This document shows, one piece after another, positions 55,907 to 64,000 of a DNA stretch of 64,000 nucleotides; within the stretch, counting starts at the first letter, position 1; each line of letters begins with the position of its first letter. The DNA lies in assembly GCA_023229865.1 (NCBI GenBank), contig JALNYL010000001.1, positions 23,008 to 87,007 on the forward strand, in the 5' to 3' direction. The notes beneath the pieces were generated by a model. The model was not told the DNA's origin. It did no database searches and was given only the letters and a program-made list of their open reading frames with translations. The translations under genes were made by a program, and so were the position numbers. The stretch comes from Minisyncoccota bacterium. GTDB taxonomy: Bacteria; Patescibacteriota; Minisyncoccia; Phycocordibacterales; UBA1550.

Positions 55907-56902
55907 ATGAAAGGACTCAGACTGAGCTCTCTCACGGGAGAGCTCAAAAAAGTTGCTGAAAAGTATCAAGGCAAACCAGCTGCGACAATAAAAAGCCCCA
56001 CGAAAAGAATCGACGAGTTCTGGAAAAAAGAAATGAGGAACAGGGCTGATTCAACTCGTTTCCATGATTACTATTCTCGCCTCCCCTTGCAAGCATTGAG
56101 CAAGTTTTCATTCGACGAACTCTGCAAATTAAATTATTCGACAATATTTTTTATGCACGAGACCGTCGGAAAACTCTTTGCGACAAAAGCTCGCTATGAG
56201 ATTGTTGAAAAAATCAAGAGCTCAATGTGGCGATGGGGCTCTGGTGCGTATGTGTGGAATGAGGTTGTAGATGCGTACGAACATATCCGTAACTTTGTTT
56301 TTCACGAAGACCCAAACTTCGAAATCAGGATCGACCATTCGACACATCACCACGAGTGCGGTTATGCGAAATACAGTCGCATATTCATCGATGGCGTCTT
56401 TGCCTCCCTGGTCTATTACAAAAAGAAACATGTGATGACCATTGGGTTCTCAATCACGGAAGGCCGACGAGTGCTCATACAGCAAGTGCAGTCAGCGGAG
56501 CGCTCAGGTAATAGATATCTCTATCGCCTCCCCGCCAACCGTATGGAATTTGTCATTGAGCTTTTTCAAAACAACTTTCCTGGGTACGGACTGTACGTAA
56601 TTGACGCAAAGTTTCTCCTTGGCAAAACGCTCCGAAGCTATCGCAACGCACTCGACCTCGCCAACATCCGTGCAACACGACTTCAGCAAGAAGCCGACTC
56701 TTGCACAGACTTCAAGAGGGCAGATGCATTGAAGAGGCTCACAAAAACAATAAGTGAGGTGCGACTGATCAAAGAACATATCAATCACCTCCGTGATGAC
56801 CAAGACCGTCTCGATGCATTCTACAGAAACACGGGTAGATTCAGACTTGATTCTGAAAAATTCATCGTAAATAATCTTGTTCACTATAAGGCAACCACCT
56901 AA
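55907..56902 (+). CDS. Hypothetical protein (331 aa)
   Basis: RBS AAAGGAG upstream. No recognisable domain. Confidence 0.5.
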   Translation: MKGLRLSSLTGELKKVAEKYQGKPAATIKSPTKRIDEFWKKEMRNRADSTRFHDYYSRLPLQALSKFSFDELCKLNYSTIFFMHETVGKLFATKARYEIVEKIKSSMWRWGSGAYVWNEVVDAYEHIRNFVFHEDPNFEIRIDHSTHHHECGYAKYSRIFIDGVFASLVYYKKKHVMTIGFSITEGRRVLIQQVQSAERSGNRYLYRLPANRMEFVIELFQNNFPGYGLYVIDAKFLLGKTLRSYRNALDLANIRATRLQQEADSCTDFKRADALKRLTKTISEVRLIKEHINHLRDDQDRLDAFYRNTGRFRLDSEKFIVNNLVHYKATT

Positions 56903-56940
56903 CCCGCCCCCAGCACAATGCTGGCGGGCGGTTTCTTATT
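56903..56940 (+). terminator. Terminator (copy 1 of repeated hairpin)
   Basis: cccgcccccagcacaatgctggcgggcggtttctt. Confidence 0.6.
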
Positions 56941-57028
56941 TAAATTATGATTGACTTTTTATAAGCTAAGAAGCATAGTGATTTTAGTTTGTTCCTATCA
57001 AAACTCGCTCACGCAAAAAGGAGGAATA

Positions 57029-57472
57029 ATGGAATCTAGTTCCTTGAACCAAATTGAGATTTTTGCCCGCATCGCCATGCAGGGATTTGAAACACAGATG
57101 CGCATCATCGATTGTCTCGAAAACGGAGCAACCAAGCAAGCATATATTGAAGAGCTTTATTGCAAGCTCGTCACTTTCTCCGAGGCAATCGAAAAGAACA
57201 AGGAGGTGCTTTTAGCTAATATTGAGGAGGAAGCAAATGCGAGTGCGAAACAATTAGATGCGATACGCAGTTTTCTCGACGAACTTGCGCGAGCATCTGA
57301 TGAACAATATGCAAAAGTATGCGCGAACGAAATGCGCAAGTCAGAAAAAAATACTCTGCACAATATTGGTACTGACGAATCAAAATTCTCGTCGACTATC
57401 ATACAACACTCTAATGCATTGAAAAAGGAGGTTGAGGGCCTCATCAAACAAGTCAACAATCTCCGTACATAA
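57029..57472 (+). CDS. Hypothetical coiled-coil-like protein (147 aa)
   Basis: RBS AAAGGAGG upstream of ATG 57029. ORF track start 56951 lacks RBS. Confidence 0.45.
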   Translation: MESSSLNQIEIFARIAMQGFETQMRIIDCLENGATKQAYIEELYCKLVTFSEAIEKNKEVLLANIEEEANASAKQLDAIRSFLDELARASDEQYAKVCANEMRKSEKNTLHNIGTDESKFSSTIIQHSNALKKEVEGLIKQVNNLRT

Positions 57473-57473
57473 A

Positions 57474-57512
57474 CCCCGCCCCCAGCACAATGCTGGCGGG
57501 CGGTTTCTTTTT
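57474..57512 (+). terminator. Terminator (copy 2, 34/34 identical core)
   Basis: cccgcccccagcacaatgctggcgggcggtttcttttt. Confidence 0.6.
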
Positions 57513-57517
57513 ACACG

Positions 57518-57546
57518 TTGACACCTCCTCTCCTCAGTGGTAGTTT
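57518..57546 (+). promoter_or_regulatory. Promoter P1 (copy 1 of repeated promoter module)
   Basis: TTGACA-17 nt-TAGTTT followed by conserved TAAAAAAG..GCAC...ACGGAGGC leader shared with 58747-58775. Confidence 0.5.
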
Positions 57547-57588
57547 TAAAAAAGTTGCACCTTATACAATACACAAACGGAGGCTGTT

Positions 57589-57882
57589 ATGGCGACCATT
57601 GATTTCGAATTACCGCAAAAGTTCATTGACCCAAAGAACAAGGAGCATATCAAACTTGTGGCGGAACGAATACAATCAATACGCCACGGATGTGCACATC
57701 GACCTTGCCCGCCGGAGATTCAAAAAGACGGTTCGGTTCATTTCCCTCTGACCAACAACCACTGGCTTTACCCACCCAATACCATTGGCGGTGTGAAGAA
57801 AAATCACTGGAAATTGCTCGGCAGATATGACACCGACGAAGAGCTTGCGCTCATCGTCAAAGCCCTTCAGCTCTGGCTCTAA
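57589..57882 (+). CDS. Hypothetical protein (97 aa)
   Basis: RBS ACGGAGGC upstream. Probably co-transcribed with 57909..58699. Confidence 0.45.
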   Translation: MATIDFELPQKFIDPKNKEHIKLVAERIQSIRHGCAHRPCPPEIQKDGSVHFPLTNNHWLYPPNTIGGVKKNHWKLLGRYDTDEELALIVKALQLWL

Positions 57883-57908
57883 TGTACCAACACAAAAGGA
57901 GGTCATCA

Positions 57909-58699
57909 TGGAAAACGAATTGAACCTGCAAGGGCTCACCAATCTACTTCTTGAGCCGTACAAACTCGTCACCCTTGAGCCTCAAAAACTCAGCGAGGAC
58001 GGGAAGACGGTAATCCTCGCCCCCAAGCGTGGCGACAAGAAGCTCGACGACGAATACATCGACACTGCGACTCTCCCCTTCATCAATCTGGGGGAAGCAG
58101 GCATCGACCCTGAGCAGTCCCAGCATCGTGTCTTCCAAGAAATCAGGGAGCTCCTCAAGGATCGCTTGTTCGTCATCGAACCGAAGTTTGAGTTTTGGGG
58201 ACTTTTCTACGCGATGCCATTCATCAAGGCCGCCCTCGAGTGCACGGTGATTCAACTCGAATTACAGAAAGGAAATTATTGGCTTCGCAAAAAGGAAACC
58301 CCTGAACAGCAAATCGATAATTTCCTGAGCAAATATCAGGCTGAACTTTCGATTAGCATCAAAGGTGGCGCAATCCCCGGACTCAATCTCTCGAGCAATA
58401 TTCGCGGATTCACCCTTGAAGTCATCGGCTTCATCATGCCCCCTGAACGCGTCTGGCAAGAAGACACGCTCAAGGTCGCTGCAATCGGCGCGGTTTTCAA
58501 CATCATCGCCACAAAGACGGGGCTCAAGGAAACCGAAACAGACTACAAGAAGTATCTCGAGGAAAACAGTCACAAATGGTGGTTCTCCTGGTGGAATCGC
58601 ACCCGACAATGGGAAGAAGAACTCTCCCAAAGGAAGGATGCGTTCGCAAAAAACCACAAGGAACTCAAGAGAATTCTTCTCGAGCTCCAATGTGCATAA
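57909..58699 (+). CDS. Hypothetical protein (263 aa)
   Basis: RBS AAAGGAGG upstream of ATG 57909. ORF track start 57827 overlaps the upstream gene. Confidence 0.5.
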
Positions 58700-58745
58700 C
58701 CCCCGCCCTGAGCGCATCGCGCTCAGGGCGGTTTTTCTTTTGCTC
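58700..58745 (+). terminator. Terminator
   Basis: ccgccctgagcgcatcgcgctcagggcggtttttctttt. Confidence 0.6.
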
Positions 58746-58746
58746 G

Positions 58747-58775
58747 TTGACACCCGCGCTGACGAGTGGTAGTTT
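58747..58775 (+). promoter_or_regulatory. Promoter P2 (copy 2 of repeated promoter module)
   Basis: CGTTGACACC-12 variable nt-TGGTAGTTTTAAAAAAG-..GCAC, same as P1. RBS ACGGAGGC. Confidence 0.5.
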
Positions 58776-58816
58776 TAAAAAAGCCGCACATCACAACCAC
58801 ACGAACGGAGGCAATA

Positions 58817-59056
58817 ATGCCACACGATCAAGTAGTCATCGAGGAGCTCGCCCGTAAGTATCTCACTATCCCCGAAGAGGAGGTGGTGCAAGAATATTTA
58901 CTCGATAATAGAACCAGCGATGCGAAGCGATGCCTTCTCGCCAAGATTGACCTACTCTGGGACAACAGAGACATGATCGACCGGGAAGCATTGCTCGTAT
59001 ATCAAAAGCTCGGTGTCAGACCCAGGGATTGCTTCTTGCAGCCCCATCCGCTCTAA
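58817..59056 (+). CDS. Hypothetical protein (80 aa)
   Basis: RBS ACGGAGGCAATAATG. ORF track start 58766 lies inside the promoter. Confidence 0.45.
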   Translation: MPHDQVVIEELARKYLTIPEEEVVQEYLLDNRTSDAKRCLLAKIDLLWDNRDMIDREALLVYQKLGVRPRDCFLQPHPL

Positions 59057-59062
59057 CGCGCA

Positions 59063-59099
59063 CCCCGCCAACAAAATTCGTTGGCGGGGTTTCCTTTTG
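59063..59099 (+). terminator. Terminator
   Basis: ccccgccaacaaaattcgttggcggggtttccttttg. Confidence 0.6.
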
Positions 59100-59113
59100 T
59101 GTATAATAGATAA

Positions 59114-59599
59114 ATGACAAATTCCATCCCCTTTGAACACGAGCGACGCTTTGTCCCCGACGCAAAAGTGCTTCCTTTTGATTACAAAAAGTACCCCATG
59201 AAATCAATCCTCCAGGGGTATCTCAAAGACGCCGCGGGAACTCGCCTCCGTGATGAATCAGACGAGGATGCCCACACCTATCTACAGACGAGGAAAACAG
59301 GATCAGGGGTTTCGCGCACTGAAGACGAACACGAAATCACCAAAGAAGAATTCGACACCATGTGGCACGACGTCGAGTGTTCTCTCTCGAAAAGTCGCTA
59401 TTTCATTACGTGGGACGACATCGATATTGAGTTTAATGTTTTTCATGGCGCACTCGATGGGTACATGCAAATCGAAGTCGAATTTGACTCACACGACGCC
59501 GCAGTAACCTTCACTCCCCCATCCTGGCTCGGGCGCGAAGTCACCGACGACAAATCGCACGGCAATTACGCACTCGCAAAACACGGCATACCAAAGTAG
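59114..59599 (+). CDS. CYTH-domain protein (CyaB/thiamine-triphosphatase-like triphosphate tunnel metalloenzyme)
   Basis: N-terminal FEHERRF (ExExK/R-type). YFITWDDIDIEFNVFHGALDGYMQIEVEF typical CYTH beta-strands. TATAAT 7 nt upstream of ATG. Confidence 0.6.
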   Translation: MTNSIPFEHERRFVPDAKVLPFDYKKYPMKSILQGYLKDAAGTRLRDESDEDAHTYLQTRKTGSGVSRTEDEHEITKEEFDTMWHDVECSLSKSRYFITWDDIDIEFNVFHGALDGYMQIEVEFDSHDAAVTFTPPSWLGREVTDDKSHGNYALAKHGIPK

Positions 59600-59702
59600 A
59601 AATTTACATCGCCCTCAAGGTCAAAGATGAGCAGAACTCAAGCTGTGGAAAACCTCCCACATATAATAGGTTGCATAGGTATGTGTGTGGTAAAATATAT
59701 CC

Positions 59703-60620
59703 ATGAAAAAAACAATTATTATATTAGCGGTTCTTGTTCTTGTTGGTATCGGTGCGTACTTTTTTATTAAAAATTCAACAAAGACCCCTGTTCCCGAAGT
59801 GCAGGCTCCTGTTACTACTACGACGACTACAAAGACCCCCGCACCACAGCCTGTCGTAAAAAAACCAGTTGTAGACACAACAAAAACAGTTCTTGGGACC
59901 TCGGTTGAAAAACGCGATATCACCGCGTATCACTACGGCACCGGAACTAAAGAACTTTTGTTTGTTGGTGGTATCCATGGTGGATACGAATGGAACACAT
60001 CACTCGTTGCTTATGAGCTTATGGACTACCTCGCGGCAACACCTACAGCGATCCCCTCAAACGTAAAAGTTACTGTCATCCCCGTATTAAACCCTGACGG
60101 GCTCAACAAGGTTGTTGGTACCCCTGGTCGTTTTACAAAAGCAGATGTATCAACTTCAAACGATATCGTTATCTCTGGTCGTTACAACGGAAACACTGTC
60201 GACCTCAATCGTAACTTTGATTGCGACTGGCAGACCAAAGGACTCTGGCAGACCACAAGCGTGAGTGGTGGCAGTGCGGCATTTTCTGAACCAGAAAGTC
60301 AGGCTATTAAGAATTACGTAGAAGCTCACAAGCCTACTGCTGTTGTTACTTGGTATAGCTCGGCTGGCGGAGTGTTCTCTTCTAGTTGTCACAACGGAGT
60401 TCTCCCAGAGACAAAAACGCTTACTAATATTTATGCAGCAGCATCCAAATATCCAGCGTATGAAAGTTTTGATTTCTACAGCATTACGGGAGATATGGTG
60501 AACTGGCTCGCGAAGAAAAACATTCCTGCGATTAGCGTGCTTCTCACCACACACCAGGACACTGAGTGGGATAAGAATCTCGCCGGCATCAAAGCTGTCC
60601 TCAACCACTACGCTCAATAA
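59703..60620 (+). CDS. Membrane-anchored M14-family zinc carboxypeptidase (gamma-D-Glu-DAP peptidase-like)
   Basis: TM, T-rich linker. Zn ligand region GGIHGGYEWNT, DLNRNF, SEPE. Confidence 0.75.
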   Translation: MKKTIIILAVLVLVGIGAYFFIKNSTKTPVPEVQAPVTTTTTTKTPAPQPVVKKPVVDTTKTVLGTSVEKRDITAYHYGTGTKELLFVGGIHGGYEWNTSLVAYELMDYLAATPTAIPSNVKVTVIPVLNPDGLNKVVGTPGRFTKADVSTSNDIVISGRYNGNTVDLNRNFDCDWQTKGLWQTTSVSGGSAAFSEPESQAIKNYVEAHKPTAVVTWYSSAGGVFSSSCHNGVLPETKTLTNIYAAASKYPAYESFDFYSITGDMVNWLAKKNIPAISVLLTTHQDTEWDKNLAGIKAVLNHYAQ

Positions 60621-61522
60621 TGAGACTGCGACAAAGTAAACAACTCCTATTGCTATTAATAGTCAGTGTTGTTGCTGTGCTTTCTGCTGTTGTGATGGTC
60701 ATTATTGTTTTTAGTAATAAAAAGACAGAAATAATAACTGAGCCAGCAAAAACAGTGACCACGGAGATTACGAAGTCTCCTGTCCACAAAATAATCGGCA
60801 AGACAGTAGAGGGAAGGAGTATTGATGCATATATATACGGAACGGGTAAAACTCATCTGATGTTTATTGGCGGAATCCATGGGGGATATGAGTGGAACAG
60901 CGTCCTTCTTGCATATCAATTTATTGATTACCTAAAAGCAAACCCCGAGATCATCCCCGAGAATATAACCGTTGCTATTATCCCTTCTGCAAATCCAGAC
61001 GGAATATATCGCGTCACGGGCACAAACGGGCGGTTTACTACAAACGACGTGACAACCGCTTCCCTTCCTGACGGGACAGGGAGATTTAATGCGCACGGTG
61101 TTGATCTTAATCGCAACTTTGATTGCAAGTGGAAACCAAAGAGTATGTGGGAGAGTAAGGTTGTAAGCGCTGGCACAAGCGCATTTTCAGAGCCAGAAGC
61201 GGTTGCTATTCGGGATTTTGTGAAGGAGTTCTCTCCTGCGGGCGCTGTTTTTTGGCATAGCAAATCAAATGCTGTTTATGCATCAGAATGCACAGATGGG
61301 ATTCTCCCAATCACTCTCAAGATTATGGATGTGTACTCCCGGGCGTCAGGGTATTCAGCAGTAAAATCATTTGATGCATACGAAATTTCTGGTGACGCAG
61401 AGGGCTGGCTCGCATCAATCAACATCCCCGCGATTACGGTTGAACTAAAAACTCACGAGACGGTCGAATGGGAGAAGAATTTGGCTGGATTTACAGCACT
61501 ACTGAGATACTACAGTATCTAA
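60620..61522 (+). CDS. Membrane-anchored M14-family zinc carboxypeptidase, tandem paralog
   Basis: GGIHGGYEWNS, DLNRNF, SEPE. Start overlaps upstream stop (TAATG). Confidence 0.75.
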   Translation: MRLRQSKQLLLLLIVSVVAVLSAVVMVIIVFSNKKTEIITEPAKTVTTEITKSPVHKIIGKTVEGRSIDAYIYGTGKTHLMFIGGIHGGYEWNSVLLAYQFIDYLKANPEIIPENITVAIIPSANPDGIYRVTGTNGRFTTNDVTTASLPDGTGRFNAHGVDLNRNFDCKWKPKSMWESKVVSAGTSAFSEPEAVAIRDFVKEFSPAGAVFWHSKSNAVYASECTDGILPITLKIMDVYSRASGYSAVKSFDAYEISGDAEGWLASINIPAITVELKTHETVEWEKNLAGFTALLRYYSI

Positions 61523-61649
61523 GTAGTACCAAGGGTGTCCATTATAATTCCAACCTCGCAAAAGAGGGCACGCAAAACTAATCGACGCAGACTTGTCAGT
61601 GGCGTTTTTGTGGTACAATTTATACATTAGTAATTTAGTAATTAAAACA

Positions 61650-62456
61650 ATGACCAAGAAAATTTTTGTGCCCGTGGTGGCACTCAGTTTGTTTGCCTTC
61701 TCAGGTTTTGCGTTTGCAATAAACGACACTTCAATAACAAATTCAGGGGTTGTGAATACTGCAGCGATTGCAAATTATTCAGAAGCTGAACTCGTAGCAC
61801 TCATCACAAAGCTCCAGAAGCAACTCGAGCTCGTACGCCAAAACACCGTTCAGTGCGTACTCGCAGAAGCCGACCTTTCTCTCGGTGACGGAGAAGACGC
61901 AACATCAAAAGAATACACAAAGAATCTCCAGGCGTTTCTTAAGGAAAAAGGATATTTCAAACTTGAGCCAACAGGATACTACGGCAAGGTTACGCGCGCT
62001 GCGCTCCAAAACTTCCAGCGCGAAAACGGCATCGAACAAACAGGTGAGCTCAACGCAACAACCCGAACATTTATTAAAAGTCTCAAGTGTCGCAAGGAAT
62101 TCTCAAATAAAAAATTTGAAGTGAAGCCAACTCCAATGCCAAGCGTAAAGGAAGTAAAGGAACCAACTTCAAGCGCTACTCCCGTGACAGCTATCTACGC
62201 AGCAACAAGTGGCAATATGGTAAAGTGGCAAACCACTGGATACTCAAAGAACGGTTACAAAATCGTGTACTCAAAGAATGCCAACCCAACCTACCCTACA
62301 CGTGAGGGCGATCAGTACATTTATTTGACGGACCCAAACGCCTACAATACCAAGCTTGAAGCGTTTGCAGGCACCGGAACCTACTACGTAAGAGTCTGTG
62401 AATACCTCGGCGGCTCATGCGGAATGTACTCAAACGAAGTTACGACTTCTCTGTAA
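61650..62456 (+). CDS. Secreted protein with PG_binding_1 peptidoglycan-binding domain
   Basis: Signal peptide MTKKIFVPVVALSLFAFSGFAFA. YTKNLQAFLKEKGY...GYYGKVTRAALQNFQRENGIEQTG. Start refined from 61593. Confidence 0.6.
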   Translation: MTKKIFVPVVALSLFAFSGFAFAINDTSITNSGVVNTAAIANYSEAELVALITKLQKQLELVRQNTVQCVLAEADLSLGDGEDATSKEYTKNLQAFLKEKGYFKLEPTGYYGKVTRAALQNFQRENGIEQTGELNATTRTFIKSLKCRKEFSNKKFEVKPTPMPSVKEVKEPTSSATPVTAIYAATSGNMVKWQTTGYSKNGYKIVYSKNANPTYPTREGDQYIYLTDPNAYNTKLEAFAGTGTYYVRVCEYLGGSCGMYSNEVTTSL

Positions 62457-62463
62457 AAAATCT

Positions 62464-62523
62464 CAGAACACAAAATAAAGAGGGCGACGCCGTACGGCGT
62501 CGCCCTCTTTATTTTGTGTTCTG
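62464..62523. terminator. Bidirectional terminator formed by 28-bp perfect palindrome
   Basis: cagaacacaaaataaagagggcgacgccg-tacg-cggcgtcgccctctttattttgtgttctg. Confidence 0.6.
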
Positions 62524-62527
62524 CTCC

Positions 62528-63124
62528 CTACTCCTTGTACATATAAATAGTAAAATCCCACGGGAGATAATTGGAGGCGACAGCCACGTGAGGCGAGATT
62601 GTCTTGCAGTACCTGACCACCTCATCCTTGTCATACGCAATAAATGTATCGTCTGAGGGGTGTGCAAGCTCATTGAGCATATTAAATGCAATGCCACACT
62701 TCGCATGGTCGTACATGGTTTTAATCGTATTGAAATAATGCGCCTTCGCATTAGGAATCGCAAAGCTCAGCACTCCCGAAGCAAGAATGTAGTCATATTT
62801 ACCCTCAAGAGTTTCTGCGTCACCACAAAGAAACAATGCGCTCGGGAAACGTTCACGCGCTCGCTCGATAAACGCAGGGACAATATCAATCCCCACGTAA
62901 TCAACGGGGGTACTTTTTGAAGCAAAAAATTTATACAAATCCCCCAGACCACAGCCAACATCAAGCACGCTCACATTCCGCTCGGGAATCATTTTAGCAA
63001 GCGCTTCGAAACGCACTGCTTGGGTATCAGCATCGGCCCAATGAACACTGCGCGGGTCATTACCAAACTCCGCAAGAGCTTTTTCGTAGAAACCAAGAAT
63101 CTTTTTTTTGTCATCGTGGTTCAT
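62528..63124 (-). CDS. Class I SAM-dependent methyltransferase
   Basis: Motif I VLDVGCGLGD. Small-molecule/ubiE-like size. Confidence 0.7.
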   Translation of the reverse strand: MNHDDKKKILGFYEKALAEFGNDPRSVHWADADTQAVRFEALAKMIPERNVSVLDVGCGLGDLYKFFASKSTPVDYVGIDIVPAFIERARERFPSALFLCGDAETLEGKYDYILASGVLSFAIPNAKAHYFNTIKTMYDHAKCGIAFNMLNELAHPSDDTFIAYDKDEVVRYCKTISPHVAVASNYLPWDFTIYMYKE

Positions 63125-63252
63125 ATATCTTAATGATACTCCTTATTTTAAAAAATACACAAAAAGAAAGGAAGTTATCCACCGTGCAAATATTTGATAA
63201 GGACGAGACGCCATGCTAGTCTTACAAAAGACATTTACCAAGGAGAAACGAA

Positions 63253-63510
63253 ATGGAAAAAGGATTTCGAGAGGTAGTATGCCCAGGCTCAACAGTACAG
63301 CGCTGTGGGCAAAAGATACGGTTAACCGTAACAAAAAAGGATTACAAAAAGGTAGTTGAGGTTCGTTGCCCAAAATGTGATGTGGTATTCCAGACAACAA
63401 TCCCCGAGCCAGCTCTCCGCTCGGGAGGAAAAGCATCATCCTTGTTCGACGAAAAAGACCCTTTTGGTTTCTTCAAAACAGCTGACGATATATTCAACGC
63501 CAAGAAGTAA
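63253..63510 (+). CDS. Zinc-ribbon hypothetical protein
   Basis: RBS AAGGAGAAACGAAATG. CPGS..C...CPKC. Confidence 0.45.
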   Translation: MEKGFREVVCPGSTVQRCGQKIRLTVTKKDYKKVVEVRCPKCDVVFQTTIPEPALRSGGKASSLFDEKDPFGFFKTADDIFNAKK

Positions 63511-63516
63511 CCCGTA

Positions 63517-63550
63517 CCGTCAACGATTTTTCGTTGGCGGTTTTTCTTTC
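63517..63550 (+). terminator. Terminator (related to hairpin at 59063)
   Basis: ccgtcaacgatttttcgttggcggtttttc. Confidence 0.55.
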
Positions 63551-63630
63551 CTATACAAACACTCAAAATTGTAGTAAATTCAAAAACAGGAACACACAGC
63601 ACATTACATCAATCACTCAAGGAGGTACGT

Positions 63631-64000
63631 ATGAACAACCAGCCACCCAAAAGTGTCATCCTGATTCGCCACGGAGAGTCCGAGTACAACTCGCTCGCCA
63701 GACGCAAAGAATCCGAGCCTCTTTTCCAAAAGCTCAAAGCGTCCTATGACCGCAGCCCCACCTCACGGAGGACTCGCGATCTCGCAGAAAAGCTTCAGAA
63801 AAAACTCACTGCACCATGGGGCGACCACAACATACCACTCACCCAAGAAGGTATGCGTCAGGCAAAAGTTACAGGAGAGAAACTCAGGAACACACTCGCG
63901 AGCACTGACGTCATCTTCGTCTCGCCCTACGTGCGCACACGAGACACTCTCGCACATATGATGGACGGCTGCCCAGAGCTCCGCTATGTGCCTGTCGTGG
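63631..64000 (+). CDS. Histidine phosphatase superfamily (PGAM-like) protein, runs off right edge
   Basis: RBS AAGGAGG upstream of ATG 63631. VILIRHGESEYN catalytic His motif. Not in ORF track because it is truncated at the edge. Confidence 0.6.
   Translation, partial: MNNQPPKSVILIRHGESEYNSLARRKESEPLFQKLKASYDRSPTSRRTRDLAEKLQKKLTAPWGDHNIPLTQEGMRQAKVTGEKLRNTLASTDVIFVSPYVRTRDTLAHMMDGCPELRYVPVV

Noticed and set aside
59621-59923. 100-aa minus-strand ORF overlapping start of M14 peptidase
   Set aside because: Antisense to the signal-anchor/T-rich linker region of a well-supported gene. Gly/Val/Thr-rich artefact.

Overview
This 64 kb window looks like a chromosomal segment from a small-genome bacterium, possibly Patescibacteria/CPR-like (about 50% GC, compact genes, many small membrane proteins). 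That taxonomic guess rests only on gene-content style.

Most of the window is core housekeeping:
- serS, dprA, topA, a short Rel/SpoT, parB.
- A truncated dcw cluster (mraZ-rsmH-ftsL-ftsI-murF).
- lysS, greA, a second PBP2 with mreBCD, proS, rseP, frr, holB.
- A second mreB paralog, murA, priA, def-fmt, a cyclophilin, hpf and pyk.

Four regions look accessory or unusual:
1. 9.48-13.54 kb: an extracytosolic flavinylation / electron-transfer module resembling Listeria FLEET. It has a 2-TM His-bearing membrane ORF overlapping an FNR-like FAD/NAD(P) reductase, two membrane-anchored FMN-binding-domain proteins (one with two domains, PplA-like) and the flavin transferase ApbE.
2. 18.7-21.64 kb: a markedly AT-rich islet beside tRNA-Glu(CUC). 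It carries a DpnI-like methyl-directed restriction endonuclease and a NERD/PD-(D/E)xK nuclease fused to a P-loop ATPase.
3. 51.88-52.24 kb: tRNA-Asn(GUU) sits among three partial copies of itself, suggesting an integration/recombination hotspot. Downstream are a strong operator-bearing promoter and AT-rich cargo.
4. 55.9-59.6 kb: a run of monocistronic hypothetical genes, each with its own promoter and terminator. Some promoter and terminator sequences recur nearly verbatim. The run ends with a CYTH-domain protein and is followed by tandem M14 peptidase paralogs and a PG-binding protein.

Several tandem paralog pairs, a PriA with a degenerate Walker A, MraZ operator boxes and unassigned intergenic transcription units are also noted. 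No CRISPR array, rRNA or transposase is seen.
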